A DNA stretch of 64,000 nucleotides from Candidatus Methanomethylophilaceae archaeon (GCA_050950505.1 JBMNHS010000002.1:64001-128000), one strand, 5' to 3'. Counted from the stretch's first letter, positions 1-10,596 are shown. A program made the numbers and translations. The notes: generated from the sequence alone by a model not told the origin.

Positions 1-1
1 C

Positions 2-1105
2 CAGGGAAACATATTCGTCGACAAAGTCGAAATCAAAGCGACCGAAATCGCCAAAGATCTGTTCAAAGCGGATTTCGCCGACGTGAGACCCATATCGGGA
101 ACCGTCGCTAACATGGCCGTTCTCTTTGCTTTCGCCGAACCCGGCGACACCATAACCACCTGTGCTCTTGCGCAGGGCGCTCACATATCCACCTGTGAAT
201 TCGGAGCCTTCGGACAAAGATCCGTTAATTCCGTCAACTACCCCTTCAACGAAGAAGACATGAACATAGACGTGGACGGAACCATCAAACTTCTGAAAGA
301 AGTGAAGCCCAAGGTCGCACAGTTCGGTCTGTCCGTCTTCCTGTTCCCGCCGCCTTTGAAGGAGCTTCAGGACACATTCAATGAAATCGACTGTCTGGTA
401 TGGGAAGACTGTGCCCACGTTCTCGGTCTGATTGCCGGAGGGCAGTTCCACGATCCTCTGAGGGAAGGCGTCAACATCGTTTCCTCATCCACCCACAAAA
501 CATTCCCCGGTCCGAACCACGGAATGCTTCTCGGTGCAAATCTCACCGAAGAAGAGGAAAAGAAACTGCAGAAAGCGGTTTTCCCCGGTGTGACCTCCAG
601 CCACCACCTTCACGCAATGGCGTCTCTCGCGGTCACCCTTGCGGAGATGGAAGTCTTTGCCAAAGAATACGCTTCCCAGACCTGCAAGAACGCACGTCAG
701 CTCGGTGAGTCCCTGTATGAACTCGGGGTTCCCGTTCTCTGTCCAGATCTGGGATTCACCAGGTCTCACGCGATTGCCGTGGATGTTTCGGAATTCGGCG
801 GCGGAAGGGACTGTGCCCAGTGGCTTGAGGATGCAAACATAATCTGCAACAAGAACATGCTTCCCAGAGACACCAGCGCCGTACGTCCGTCCGGATTGAG
901 ATTCGGTGCCCAGGAAATGACCCGCCTCGGAATGAAGGAAAGCGAAATGAAAGAAGTCGCCCAGTTCATCGCACGCGTGGTCAAAGGCGAAGATCCGGCC
1001 AAAGTCAGGGAAGACGTGAAGGACTTCAAGAAACAGTTCGACACAATCAAGTTTTGTTTCAACGAAGGCGAGAAGGCTTACGCCTACCATAAACTCGTAC
1101 CCTGA
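2..1105 (+). CDS. glyA: Serine hydroxymethyltransferase (5' end outside window)
   Basis: Frame open from base 2 (QGNIFVDKVE...); PLP motif SSTHKTFPGP, DCAHVLGLIAGG, PSGLRFG. Confidence 0.95.
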   Translation, partial: QGNIFVDKVEIKATEIAKDLFKADFADVRPISGTVANMAVLFAFAEPGDTITTCALAQGAHISTCEFGAFGQRSVNSVNYPFNEEDMNIDVDGTIKLLKEVKPKVAQFGLSVFLFPPPLKELQDTFNEIDCLVWEDCAHVLGLIAGGQFHDPLREGVNIVSSSTHKTFPGPNHGMLLGANLTEEEEKKLQKAVFPGVTSSHHLHAMASLAVTLAEMEVFAKEYASQTCKNARQLGESLYELGVPVLCPDLGFTRSHAIAVDVSEFGGGRDCAQWLEDANIICNKNMLPRDTSAVRPSGLRFGAQEMTRLGMKESEMKEVAQFIARVVKGEDPAKVREDVKDFKKQFDTIKFCFNEGEKAYAYHKLVP

Positions 1106-1125
1106 ACGGAATCATCAAACACTTT

Positions 1126-1144
1126 GCCCGCGCACTGCGCGGGC
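1126..1144 (+). terminator. GC hairpin after glyA
   Basis: GCCCGCGCA-C-TGCGCGGGC followed by T-rich sequence. Confidence 0.5.
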
Positions 1145-1232
1145 CCATTTCTCATTATAATTTTTGAATCAACCATATGCCGATTCGCCGTATTCAGACG
1201 TCGTATACAACGGTAAAAAATTGTACAATTCG

Positions 1233-1250
1233 ATTTAGGCAGGGCTAAAT
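1233..1250. promoter_or_regulatory. Putative DtxR/MntR-family operator overlapping the TATA box
   Basis: Palindrome ATTTAG-GCAGGG-CTAAAT resembling TTAGG..CCTAA boxes, abutting AAATATATTA upstream of the dtxR-feoB pair. Confidence 0.65.
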
Positions 1251-1279
1251 ATATTAACTTCACGGTCGTGACGGTATCG

Positions 1280-1939
1280 ATGACATCAGGAAGCCGCGAG
1301 GATTATCTAATCGAAATTCTCCGTTTGACCAATGGTGAGGGAAAGGTCAAGAACCAAGAATTGGCAGAGCGGCTGAATGTTTCACCGGCCAGCGTATCCG
1401 AAATGATTAAAGTTCTTTCCAACGAAGGATACGTAAAATACACCAAGTACGTAGGCGCCGAACTCACTGAAGCGGGATTGGAATATGCAAGGCAGATCCG
1501 CAGAAAACACGATTTGATGGAAAGATTCCTGACTGACGTGCTGGACGTGGATCCGATAACCGCACATGAGGAAGCTCATAAAATGGAACATGCGATTTCC
1601 GACGAATCCGCTCAAAGGATATGCCGCATAATCGGTTCTCCCGACAATGAGGACTGCAAACATTGCGAAGAATACGATCCTGCGAAAGAAGGATGCAGGG
1701 TGGATACGAAATTGAGCGATCTGGAATCCGGGGAGACAGGGTTGATATCTCATCTGAGAAGCACCGTGCCGTCGATTGTGAAAAGATTGATTTCCATGGG
1801 ATTCGTGCCCGGAAGGGAAGTATGCATGGACAGCAACATCTCAAAAGCCGGACCAAAAGTGGTGAGCGTGGGCAACGCGACATTCGCTTTGGATTCCGAA
1901 ACGGCGGCTTCCGTATTCGTTAGCAAGAGTGATGAATAA
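1280..1939 (+). CDS. DtxR/MntR-family metal-dependent repressor with C-terminal FeoA domain
   Basis: EDYL..I, HTH (LAERLNVSPASVSEM), RKH..MERFL, EAHKMEH, RLISMGFVPG; start could also be GTG 1268. Confidence 0.9.
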   Translation: MTSGSREDYLIEILRLTNGEGKVKNQELAERLNVSPASVSEMIKVLSNEGYVKYTKYVGAELTEAGLEYARQIRRKHDLMERFLTDVLDVDPITAHEEAHKMEHAISDESAQRICRIIGSPDNEDCKHCEEYDPAKEGCRVDTKLSDLESGETGLISHLRSTVPSIVKRLISMGFVPGREVCMDSNISKAGPKVVSVGNATFALDSETAASVFVSKSDE

Positions 1940-3861
1940 TGCAGGACGGAATGTTCACAACAGCCCTGGTGGGACAGCCCAACGTAGGGAAATCATCTCT
2001 TTTTACAAGATTGACCGGGGTAGGAGTCATATCTTCCAATTATCCCGGCACCACCGTGGCATTCGAAGAAGCCGTAATTATGAGGAAGGGCAACAAAGTC
2101 CGTGTTTACGATCTGCCCGGAACCTACGGCATGTCCGGCAACTCCGAAGACGAGAATGTAGTTTTGGAAATGGTGAAAAACCCTGAAATCGACTCGGTCA
2201 TCGTCATCGCCGACGCCGCAAATCTTCAGAGCAGTCTGGTTCTCTGTTTTGAAGTCATCGAACTCGGAATACCGATGATTCTGGCAATCAACAAAATCGA
2301 TGAAGCAAAAAAGAAATTCGATACGGATTTCGATGCGTTGGAGAAACTGTTGGACGTTCCCGTCATTCCCGTTTCCGCAAAGACTTCCGATGGTGTGGAT
2401 GCTCTCGCCGATGCGGTGTGCGAAGGACGGGCCAGAGTTTCTTCTTTCAAAGTAAAATACGACGGCAGGCTGGAACCGATGATTCTTTCCCTGTCCGAAC
2501 GGACCGACTCCGCAAGGTTTGGGAATTTCGGTACCGCCGTCAAACTCATGGAGGATGCCGAAACCTTCATTGACGACGTTGACGACGACGTCGCCGCAAC
2601 CGCGGAAAAGTACAGGAATGAGTTTGAAACCGCTTATGACGAATCCGCCGGCATTCAGATAGCCAGAGACCGTTATTCGATTTCTGACGCAATGGTCAGG
2701 AAAATTCAGTTCAGGACCCAGAACAAAATGAGCAGAAAGGACAGACTGTCCGAAATAATGATCACTCCGTCAACCGGCATTCCGATACTGGTCGGAGTTA
2801 TGATGTCGGTTTTCCTGGCTATCATTTTCATCGGTAATTTCCTGGACGAACTCATAGAAGATCTTTACGTATCTTTGGTGGGTGACACCCTCGCCAATTT
2901 CGGACATTCCATCGGCGGCGACTTCGGATATGCCGTGATGCAGGGTGTCGATCAGAGCATACTCGCGGTTCTTACGTTGATTATCCCTTACATTCTGGTG
3001 TTCTACATCATACTGGGAATACTGGAAGATTCCGGTTATCTTCCCCGTGCCGTGGTTCTGCTTGACAGAATCATGCACCGTTTCGGTCTGCACGGCGGGG
3101 CGTTCATCCCTATGATCGTCGGACTGGGATGCAATGTTCCGGCGATAATGGCCACCAGAACGATTCATTCCCGCAGGGAGAAGATTATCGTCACGACGCT
3201 TATTGCAATATGCGTGCCCTGTTCCGCACAACTGGCAATCATATTCGGAATTGTCGGAAATTTCTCCGGAATATTTTACGCGTTCCTTATTTTGCTCATT
3301 GTACTGGCTCTCATGGTCGTACTCGGTGTTGCACTGAACCATTTCCTTAAGATGGAACCCAGTAACCTGGCAATGGAAATTCCTGATTTGACCGTTCCCA
3401 CGGTCAAGAACGTTCTGTTCAAGACCTGGGACAGAATCAAGGAATTCTTTTACATCGCATTCCCTCTGTTGGTCGTCGGAAGCGTCCTGGTGCAGATTGC
3501 GTTGAATTACGATCTGTTGGATTTCATCGTGGAACCCATGTCTTTTATAACCGTGACCATGCTGGGACTGCCTGCGGTGGTCATCATCGCATTCCTTGCG
3601 GGCATATTGAGGAAGGAAATGGCCGTGGTGATTCTTGCCGCCGTGCTTTCCGTTTCGGAATCGGGTCTGGTTGACATGATGTCCCCCGAACAGTTCTTCG
3701 TGTTCGGATTGATAATGGCCATATACATGCCCTGTCTCGCGACGATGGCCGTCATATGGCAGGAACTCGGGTGGAAGGAAACCGTTTTGATAGCGGTGTT
3801 CTCGATAGGCATTGCCATTGCAATAGGCTCCATTGCCCATCTGATGTTTACGATATTCTGA
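1939..3861 (+). CDS. feoB: Ferrous iron transport protein B
   Basis: GQPNVGKS, NYPGTTV, DLPG, NKID GTPase motifs; LEDSGY, GCNVPA, PCSA; multiple TM helices. Confidence 0.95.
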   Translation: MQDGMFTTALVGQPNVGKSSLFTRLTGVGVISSNYPGTTVAFEEAVIMRKGNKVRVYDLPGTYGMSGNSEDENVVLEMVKNPEIDSVIVIADAANLQSSLVLCFEVIELGIPMILAINKIDEAKKKFDTDFDALEKLLDVPVIPVSAKTSDGVDALADAVCEGRARVSSFKVKYDGRLEPMILSLSERTDSARFGNFGTAVKLMEDAETFIDDVDDDVAATAEKYRNEFETAYDESAGIQIARDRYSISDAMVRKIQFRTQNKMSRKDRLSEIMITPSTGIPILVGVMMSVFLAIIFIGNFLDELIEDLYVSLVGDTLANFGHSIGGDFGYAVMQGVDQSILAVLTLIIPYILVFYIILGILEDSGYLPRAVVLLDRIMHRFGLHGGAFIPMIVGLGCNVPAIMATRTIHSRREKIIVTTLIAICVPCSAQLAIIFGIVGNFSGIFYAFLILLIVLALMVVLGVALNHFLKMEPSNLAMEIPDLTVPTVKNVLFKTWDRIKEFFYIAFPLLVVGSVLVQIALNYDLLDFIVEPMSFITVTMLGLPAVVIIAFLAGILRKEMAVVILAAVLSVSESGLVDMMSPEQFFVFGLIMAIYMPCLATMAVIWQELGWKETVLIAVFSIGIAIAIGSIAHLMFTIF

Positions 3862-3917
3862 TACACTTTGTGTATCAGAATCATAAAAGAGATTGACCCG
3901 ACCGGGAACGTAAGAAT

Positions 3918-5600
3918 TCAGCGGTGGGTGTATACGGCTTTCACCGAGTCGGGTGTTCTTTCCAGCAGCCTTACGAAACCGAACCTTTCGAACTGAACGA
4001 TGTCCCCCTTCTCGTCAAGAACGGCGTTTTCCGCAAGACCCTCGATGACTGAACCGTCAGGCATCAAAACCGTGGTTTTCACACTGTTTCTGGAAACCCA
4101 CTGAACCGCGTGCACCCCCTGCCTCAGAATGGACAGATCGTTGCCGTCGTAAACCGCGGGGGTTCCGTATCTGAGGTTGCAGAGATCTTTGAGTCTGATC
4201 ATTCCGTTATCGCAGAAGTTTTTGGAGTCTTCCGAAGAAACGAATATGGTGTTGCTTCCGTCAATGAGATATTCACGGTTGCCTCTTTCCGGGTGGTCGG
4301 GATGCTTGGGGGCGGAACCTTCGAGGTTCTCCTTGCCGGATATGTCGTATCTTACCGGATCTTGGACGAAGAAGTATCTGTTCGACACGTCGTCTATGAT
4401 GTCCCGGTTCATTCCGTAGAGATTGTCCCAGGAGAACTGGATATCCACGGATTTCATACCGGCTTCAACCCAGTAACGTCTCAGAGCATCGGGTTTTATT
4501 CCTCTCAGTCCAAGAGCCCTCACGGTTCCCGTCCTAACGTCATCCCACCCGGAATATTCACCCTTCCGAATGCATTCCCTTATGGTTGACGTTTTCAGCA
4601 CGGTATCGGGGATGTTCACGAGTCCGTAATGATAATAGACAGGTTTTTCCCATCCGAAATAATCGAAAATGTAAGCCTGTCTGTGAGTGTTGTTGAGATG
4701 ATCTTTTCCACGTATGACGTGAGTCATCCCCATGAGGTGGTCATCGATGGCAACGGAGAAATTCATCATCGGATATACGCGGTATTTGTCCCCGGTCAGG
4801 GGGTGGGGGTGTTCCACGATTCTCAGGGCGACGAAATCTCTGATGGCGGGATTGGGATGCTCCAAATCGGTTTTAACCACGGCGACGGCCTCACCCTCGC
4901 CGTAACTTCCGTTCATCATTTTATTGAATCTTTCCGCCTGTTCTTCCGCCGGAAGTTCTCTGCAGGGACATGCCCGGCATTCCTCTTTCAATCCTCTCCA
5001 AACATCCCCGTCGCAGGTGCAGACGTAAACTTTGCCCATTTCAATGAGTTTATCCACGTGTTTGAAATAAATGTCAAAACGGTCGGATTGGATGTAAGTC
5101 TCGTCAATTTTGACGCCGAGCCATTCCAAATCCTCGGAGATCATGCCGTAAGCGTCCGAATCTATTTTTTCGGGATTGGTGTCTTCGATTCTCAGGATAA
5201 GTTTGCCGCCGTATCTCTTGACGTATTCGTCGTTGAGAACCGCGACGCGGGTATGTCCGATGTGCAACGGACCGGAAGGGCCGGGCGCAATGCGCATGAC
5301 CACGCCTTTCCCGGCGTTTTCAAGTTCGGGCAACTCATAGGTTCTTTCCTTTTTCTCCTTCACGAGAAGCTCGGGATCTTTCTCTTTCAGCTCTTCCGTC
5401 TGTTCGTCAAGGCTCATTCCGTTGATTTCCTCAACGATTCCGTTCACAAGAATTCCAATCTCTCCGGATTGGGATCTGTACTCCGGAAAACCGCTGAGAA
5501 TCTTTCCGATAACGGCTTTGGGATTCGCCTTACCTTTGAAGAATATTGCATTCTGCAGTGCGAATTTTCTGATTTCCTGTTTTAGACCGTCATCGTTCAT
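3918..5600 (-). CDS. gltX: Glutamate--tRNA ligase (archaeal type)
   Basis: RIAPGPSGPLHIGH, RIEDTNP, THVIRGKDH, QFERFGF. Confidence 0.95.
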   Translation of the reverse strand: MNDDGLKQEIRKFALQNAIFFKGKANPKAVIGKILSGFPEYRSQSGEIGILVNGIVEEINGMSLDEQTEELKEKDPELLVKEKKERTYELPELENAGKGVVMRIAPGPSGPLHIGHTRVAVLNDEYVKRYGGKLILRIEDTNPEKIDSDAYGMISEDLEWLGVKIDETYIQSDRFDIYFKHVDKLIEMGKVYVCTCDGDVWRGLKEECRACPCRELPAEEQAERFNKMMNGSYGEGEAVAVVKTDLEHPNPAIRDFVALRIVEHPHPLTGDKYRVYPMMNFSVAIDDHLMGMTHVIRGKDHLNNTHRQAYIFDYFGWEKPVYYHYGLVNIPDTVLKTSTIRECIRKGEYSGWDDVRTGTVRALGLRGIKPDALRRYWVEAGMKSVDIQFSWDNLYGMNRDIIDDVSNRYFFVQDPVRYDISGKENLEGSAPKHPDHPERGNREYLIDGSNTIFVSSEDSKNFCDNGMIRLKDLCNLRYGTPAVYDGNDLSILRQGVHAVQWVSRNSVKTTVLMPDGSVIEGLAENAVLDEKGDIVQFERFGFVRLLERTPDSVKAVYTHR

Positions 5601-5685
5601 TGTTATTCTGATTCTGATGCTTATATAAATTGTTGACCGCGGCGGATTGAGTTCAAATAAATACCTTTGATGCCATCAACGGTGC

Positions 5686-6951
5686 ATGACGATAAAGGAT
5701 TCACTTGCGGGAGACATCGAGACCATATCCGAACCCATCGATCCCGATACAAGCGATACCACCGAAATTCTCAACGGGGCTCAGGAGAAAACTTTCTATT
5801 TCACGAATCACAACGGATGCAAAGCCGCCGGCAACCTGTTTTCCACAAGGGAGAAAATAGCCGAAGGTCTGGGAATACCCCCTTCCGAAATAATCGATGT
5901 GATTTCTTCCGCCGTAAGCGCTCCTGCAGGTTGCGATGAAATCAAAAATCCGAAATTCAGAAAGAACAATCCCAAAACGGATCTGCTCAAACTGCCGATA
6001 CCCAGATATTATCCCAAGGACGGCGGACGGTATATTTCGGCAGGCGTCATTGTTGCCGAATCCAACGGGAGAAGAAACGTATCCTTCCACAGAATGATGA
6101 TAGTGGATTCCGATACAATCGCGGTAAGACTGGTTCCCAGACATCTGTATACCATGTACAACGAAGCCGTGAGAAACGGCGAGGAACTCAACATCGCCAT
6201 CTGCGTCGGAGCCCCCATAGAAGTTCTCCTTGCGGCCGCCACATCCACCGATTACGGTCAGGATGAAATGGAGATCGCATCCGCATTGAGAAAAGCCGCC
6301 GGCAAACCGCCGTTGGAAATGGGAAGATGCGACAACGGCCTGCTGGTGCCTGCCGATACCGATTATGTTTTCGAAGGGAGACTGACTCCGGAGAAAATCG
6401 CGGAAGGTCCCTTTGTGGACATAACGGGGACCTATGATGCCGTGAGGCAGGAACCCGTAATAAAAATAGATAAAACCTGGACCTGCGACGATCCCGTATT
6501 CCATCTGCTTTTGCCCGGGGGGTGGGAACACTATCTTCTGATGGGACTTCCCAGGGAACCCATGATTCTCAAGACCGTTAGACAGGCGGTCCCCAGAGTC
6601 AAAGCCGTCCGTCTGACGGAAGGCGGCTGTTGCTGGTTCAACGGCGTGGTTTCCATATCGAAGAACAAAGAAGGAGACGGCGTGAACGCAATCATGGCCG
6701 CTTTCACCGGACATTCTTCGATGAAACAGGTCATCGTCGTGGATGACGACATAGACATCAATGACGACAAAGAAGTCGAATGGGCGGTGGCCACCAGGAT
6801 TCAGGGCGGCGACATCATAAAAATTCCCGGTGCCGCCGGTTCTTCGTTGGATCACAGCGCGTGTGAAACAACCTGGAAAATCGGTTACGATGCCACACTG
6901 CCTTTGGACGCGGACAAGTCCAAGTTCATGAAGGCAAGGATTCACGAGTAA
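5686..6951 (+). CDS. UbiD-family prFMN decarboxylase (possibly anhydromevalonate-phosphate decarboxylase)
   Basis: DGGRYISAG, NVSFHR, EGPFVDITGTY, VVDDDID..V.WAVATR; substrate is inferred. Confidence 0.85.
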   Translation: MTIKDSLAGDIETISEPIDPDTSDTTEILNGAQEKTFYFTNHNGCKAAGNLFSTREKIAEGLGIPPSEIIDVISSAVSAPAGCDEIKNPKFRKNNPKTDLLKLPIPRYYPKDGGRYISAGVIVAESNGRRNVSFHRMMIVDSDTIAVRLVPRHLYTMYNEAVRNGEELNIAICVGAPIEVLLAAATSTDYGQDEMEIASALRKAAGKPPLEMGRCDNGLLVPADTDYVFEGRLTPEKIAEGPFVDITGTYDAVRQEPVIKIDKTWTCDDPVFHLLLPGGWEHYLLMGLPREPMILKTVRQAVPRVKAVRLTEGGCCWFNGVVSISKNKEGDGVNAIMAAFTGHSSMKQVIVVDDDIDINDDKEVEWAVATRIQGGDIIKIPGAAGSSLDHSACETTWKIGYDATLPLDADKSKFMKARIHE

Positions 6952-7016
6952 TCGACATAGTTAAAATAAACGGAGATATACCATACATAATAATCCGAAA
7001 GGAAATAGGTGAACAA

Positions 7017-7133
7017 ATGAGCAACACTGACATGGAAGAAAAGAAAAGGAAGCGCGACAACTTGGTAATCGCCGCGGCAATGACCGCTATGGTGATTCTG
7101 ATTTCCCTTGCGGCATTCCTTTATCCGCTCTGA
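7017..7133 (+). CDS. 38-aa single-pass membrane peptide (below ORF-track cutoff)
   Basis: MSNTDMEEKKRKRDNLVIAAAMTAMVILISLAAFLYPL*; AGGTGA SD at 7007-7012; basic stretch followed by hydrophobic helix. Confidence 0.7.
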   Translation: MSNTDMEEKKRKRDNLVIAAAMTAMVILISLAAFLYPL

Positions 7134-7152
7134 AACGGAATATTTTCAAACT

Positions 7153-8457
7153 TCAATTGTGCCAGGGGTTGCGGCGGACTATCGTGTCTTCCCGCCCCGG
7201 CCCGATACTTACTATGTCCACGGGGGCCTTGAGTTCTTTCTCAATGAATTCGATGTAGTCTTTGGCTTCCCGGGGCAGGGCGTCATAACCCTTTTTGACC
7301 ATTTCCGCGGTGTTGTCCCAGTGGGCCCAACCTTTCAGTGTTTTATACACAGGTTTGGCTCTTTTCAGTTTGGAAATCGAAGAAGGGAACCTGGTGACGG
7401 TCTCGCCGTCGATTTCGTATCCGACGCAGATATTGACCTCATCATATCCGCAGAGAACATCGATTTTTGTAAGGGCGATGGACGTGAACCCGCACAATCT
7501 GGTCGAGTATTTTACCTGAACGAGATCCAACCACCCGCATCTGCGGTTTCTTCCCGTGACGGTGCCGACTTCCCCTCCGAGCATCTGAAGTTTTCTTTCT
7601 TCCTCCCCTTCAAGGGCGGAAACCATGGGGCCTTCGCCGACCCGGGTGGTGTATGCTTTCAGACAACCCACGACGTGGTTTATGGCACGGGGAGGCACAC
7701 CGGCTCCCGCACAGGCACCTCCGGCGCAGGTAGAGGACGAAGTGACGTAAGGGTAAGTTCCGTGGTCTATGTCGAGCATGGCGCCCTGTGCGCCCTCGAA
7801 TACGACTTTCTTGCCCTCGTCCAAAGCGTTATTGACCAAATCCGAAGTATCGCAGACATATTCGCCGATCATGTCCCGCCATTTCATCATCATATCGAAA
7901 AGGGGTTTGTCGAAGACGCCTTCTTCACCCACGCCCATCATGTTCAAAAGGTCTTTTTTGTAAGAGGAAACGAATTTTATTTTTTCTTTGAGAAGATCTT
8001 CTTCGAATAAGTCTCCGACCCGGAATCCTATTCTGGCGATTTTATCCTGATATGTGGGCCCGATTCCTTTTTTGGTGGTTCCCACGGGAGTGTTTCCGCG
8101 GTATTTTTCCTCGGCGCCGTCCAGTTTCTGGTGGTAATTCACTATCATGTGGGCTCTGTCGGAAATCTTCAACCCGTCAATCGAGGCACCGCCGTTGAGA
8201 ACTCTTTCGATTTCTCCGGAAAGTTCCTCCATGTTGATGACCACGCCGTTGCCGATGACGGCGGTCTTTCCGGGCCTGAGAACGCCGGAGGGCAGGGTCT
8301 GCAGCTTGAACGTCACACCGTTGACGATGATTGTGTGTCCGGCGTTGTTCCCTCCCTGGAACCTGACGATAAAATCAGCGTCTTCGCCCAGATAATCTGT
8401 TATTTTTCCTTTTCCCTCGTCGCCCCATTGAGCGCCTATGATTACAAGACCCGGCAA
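7153..8457 (-). CDS. purA: Adenylosuccinate synthetase
   Basis: QWGDEGKGK, GGNNAGHT, GTTKKGIGP, EGAQG, GTVTGRNRRCGW. Confidence 0.97.
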   Translation of the reverse strand: MPGLVIIGAQWGDEGKGKITDYLGEDADFIVRFQGGNNAGHTIIVNGVTFKLQTLPSGVLRPGKTAVIGNGVVINMEELSGEIERVLNGGASIDGLKISDRAHMIVNYHQKLDGAEEKYRGNTPVGTTKKGIGPTYQDKIARIGFRVGDLFEEDLLKEKIKFVSSYKKDLLNMMGVGEEGVFDKPLFDMMMKWRDMIGEYVCDTSDLVNNALDEGKKVVFEGAQGAMLDIDHGTYPYVTSSSTCAGGACAGAGVPPRAINHVVGCLKAYTTRVGEGPMVSALEGEEERKLQMLGGEVGTVTGRNRRCGWLDLVQVKYSTRLCGFTSIALTKIDVLCGYDEVNICVGYEIDGETVTRFPSSISKLKRAKPVYKTLKGWAHWDNTAEMVKKGYDALPREAKDYIEFIEKELKAPVDIVSIGPGREDTIVRRNPWHN

Positions 8458-8499
8458 TTACTCACCGAAACACCCAAGGCGTCCCGCTATAAAAATACA

Positions 8500-9606
8500 T
8501 TATCGTCTGTTGTTCGGTGTAACCTCCCGGTAGACGTTCAACACATCTTCCAGGGTCAGGTTTGTTTTGAAGGATGTGGGGGAGACATGGGTTTTGGAAG
8601 CTTTTCCGTGACCGTTCAGAGCTTCGATAATATCGTCCATCCGCGGCGGAGACAACTTGAGGTGGGAAGAAAGTTCGCTCATGTCGTAGACAAAGACTTC
8701 CGTGTCAAGTTCCTCTCTCCACAGTTTCAGCATTTTGTCGCATCTCTTCACTTCGGACATTCCTTCCGAAGACATCTTTTTAAGAAGTTCCGAATCGTGA
8801 AGCGGCCCCAACCAGAACGGCCCCATGCGGTGTCCGTCGTCGGGAAGCGGGGATGTGGATCTCTCCAAAGTTTTGTTGTCGTACCCCATGTATCCCAACC
8901 GGGAGAGGCTGCCGTCGGCGGCAACCGCACCTTCGGTCACCCGCACGTAAGTTCGGTAATAGTGATCGGCGGCAAAAGAAAGCAAAGGTTTCATTCCTCT
9001 GTCAAATTTAGCCAGCTCTCTTGCCACGGTACTCATGAGGATTCTGAGTCCGCCTTCATGGCACATGTATCCTCTGATGGGTTCGGCCTGGTAGCGTCTC
9101 CGGCATTTCACGGCCTGGGCACCGGCCAAAGGAGCGGTATCCGTCGCAGTAATGGCCAGAATGCCGTTTTTGCGGCATCCTCTGATGGCGGATTGAAGGA
9201 AAGGCACCGGTGAACCGAAAGGATCCAAATCAACGTAATCATAGACGCCTTCAGTGAAAAGAACGTGAAGATTTTTGTTTGACGGAACGCAGTTTGTCAA
9301 TCTGTTGAGTTCAATGTTTCTTTTTATGTACTCCATCGAATCGGAGTCGATGTCGTTGGCAACCACTTCGGTACCGGGGACTTCGTTGGCGATTCTCGCG
9401 GCCCTTGCTCCGGTGGCCGTCATGGCATCCGCGACGGTAATGTTCTCGTCGATTGCGCGGAGAAGCATAACACTGACATCTCTGTTGAATGCCATCTGTT
9501 CGTTGAAAAAAACTTCGGAACCTTTTTTTCCGGGACCGCCGGAAGAATGTTCGGCGGGCACCGACAGGAGAGTATCTCCTTCCTGAATAACGATATGCCG
9601 ATTCAT
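8500..9606 (-). CDS. trm1: tRNA (guanine26-N2)-dimethyltransferase
   Basis: VFFN..M.FNRD, DAMTATGAR, DLDPFGSP, TATD.A.L.G, HE.GLRIL. Confidence 0.92.
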   Translation of the reverse strand: MNRHIVIQEGDTLLSVPAEHSSGGPGKKGSEVFFNEQMAFNRDVSVMLLRAIDENITVADAMTATGARAARIANEVPGTEVVANDIDSDSMEYIKRNIELNRLTNCVPSNKNLHVLFTEGVYDYVDLDPFGSPVPFLQSAIRGCRKNGILAITATDTAPLAGAQAVKCRRRYQAEPIRGYMCHEGGLRILMSTVARELAKFDRGMKPLLSFAADHYYRTYVRVTEGAVAADGSLSRLGYMGYDNKTLERSTSPLPDDGHRMGPFWLGPLHDSELLKKMSSEGMSEVKRCDKMLKLWREELDTEVFVYDMSELSSHLKLSPPRMDDIIEALNGHGKASKTHVSPTSFKTNLTLEDVLNVYREVTPNNRR

Positions 9607-10151
9607 CAGTCCTGTTCACCGTTCATCAGGCGAATAATTTTGTAAGGCAATAAGTTGCGGTTTGTGGGCGTGACTTCGAGAATGCGCATGTCGTCACGCC
9701 TCCGGATATCCTGTAAAAGAGGGTTTCTGGATTTTTTGTGTATGGTTATAATCATGGGTTTACCAAGTTCCAAAGCCTCTTTTACCGCGTCTATGAAAGC
9801 GGGACACTCCACTTCCAAACGTCCTACTTCATCAATGGCCACAATGTCGCATTCCTCGCCGGCACGTTTGATTGCGGTGACCCCCACTTTTTCCAAAGCT
9901 TCGACGTCCACGCCCATTTTGCCGACGGTTATTCGGCTTTCGATGTCATTGCTGGCGAATATTTCGGAATCTCCGGTTATGAGATCTCTTACGGAACAGC
10001 CGGTTTTGTGCCTTCCTTCCATTATAGGGTCATTTATCATTCCGCCTATGGTAAGACCGCCTTCCTCCAGCATTTCAATAACTTTTTGAAGAACATAGGT
10101 CTTGCCCGCACCGGGCAAACCCGTAATTCCGATTTTTATATTATTCGCCAT
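9606..10151 (-). CDS. NTPase (THEP1/NTPase_1 family)
   Basis: ITGLPGAGKT, IDEVGRLE, VTPTNR. Confidence 0.9.
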   Translation of the reverse strand: MANNIKIGITGLPGAGKTYVLQKVIEMLEEGGLTIGGMINDPIMEGRHKTGCSVRDLITGDSEIFASNDIESRITVGKMGVDVEALEKVGVTAIKRAGEECDIVAIDEVGRLEVECPAFIDAVKEALELGKPMIITIHKKSRNPLLQDIRRRDDMRILEVTPTNRNLLPYKIIRLMNGEQD

Positions 10152-10212
10152 AATTTTTTATCTCGAAGTACATCTGTATAGGCATTAATCAATATAAACC
10201 TCTTCTTTGATT

Positions 10213-10596
10213 TCAGTCTTCTTTGATTTCTGAAACATACATCAGAGGGTAACCGAGTTCTGGGTCATATCGCATTTCCGCGACGGCAGTGACGTTTTCT
10301 ATTTTTATTTTAACAACCACGTCTATTTTTTCCCCGGAAAGAGAGAAATACGAATACTCGTCCTTCGATTTTCCGAAAACACCGCGGTCAATGCGTATTT
10401 TGGCACTTTCGACGTAAGGCTGAGTGCATATGCTTTTTTCCATGGCGGTTTCAATCGCTTCAACGCCTTCGAGATTTACGGGGGTACCGACAAACTGATG
10501 GTAAACCGTACCCATTTTGATGCCCGCTTCAAACAGGACTCTTTCACGGATCGTACAGTTGAATCTGCTTGCGGCCAATGCTTCTCTGTCTGTCAT
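10213..10596 (-). CDS. mptD: Archaeal dihydroneopterin aldolase
   Basis: FEAGIKMG..YHQFVGTPV, QPYV, YPLMY. Confidence 0.85.
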   Translation of the reverse strand: MTDREALAASRFNCTIRERVLFEAGIKMGTVYHQFVGTPVNLEGVEAIETAMEKSICTQPYVESAKIRIDRGVFGKSKDEYSYFSLSGEKIDVVVKIKIENVTAVAEMRYDPELGYPLMYVSEIKED

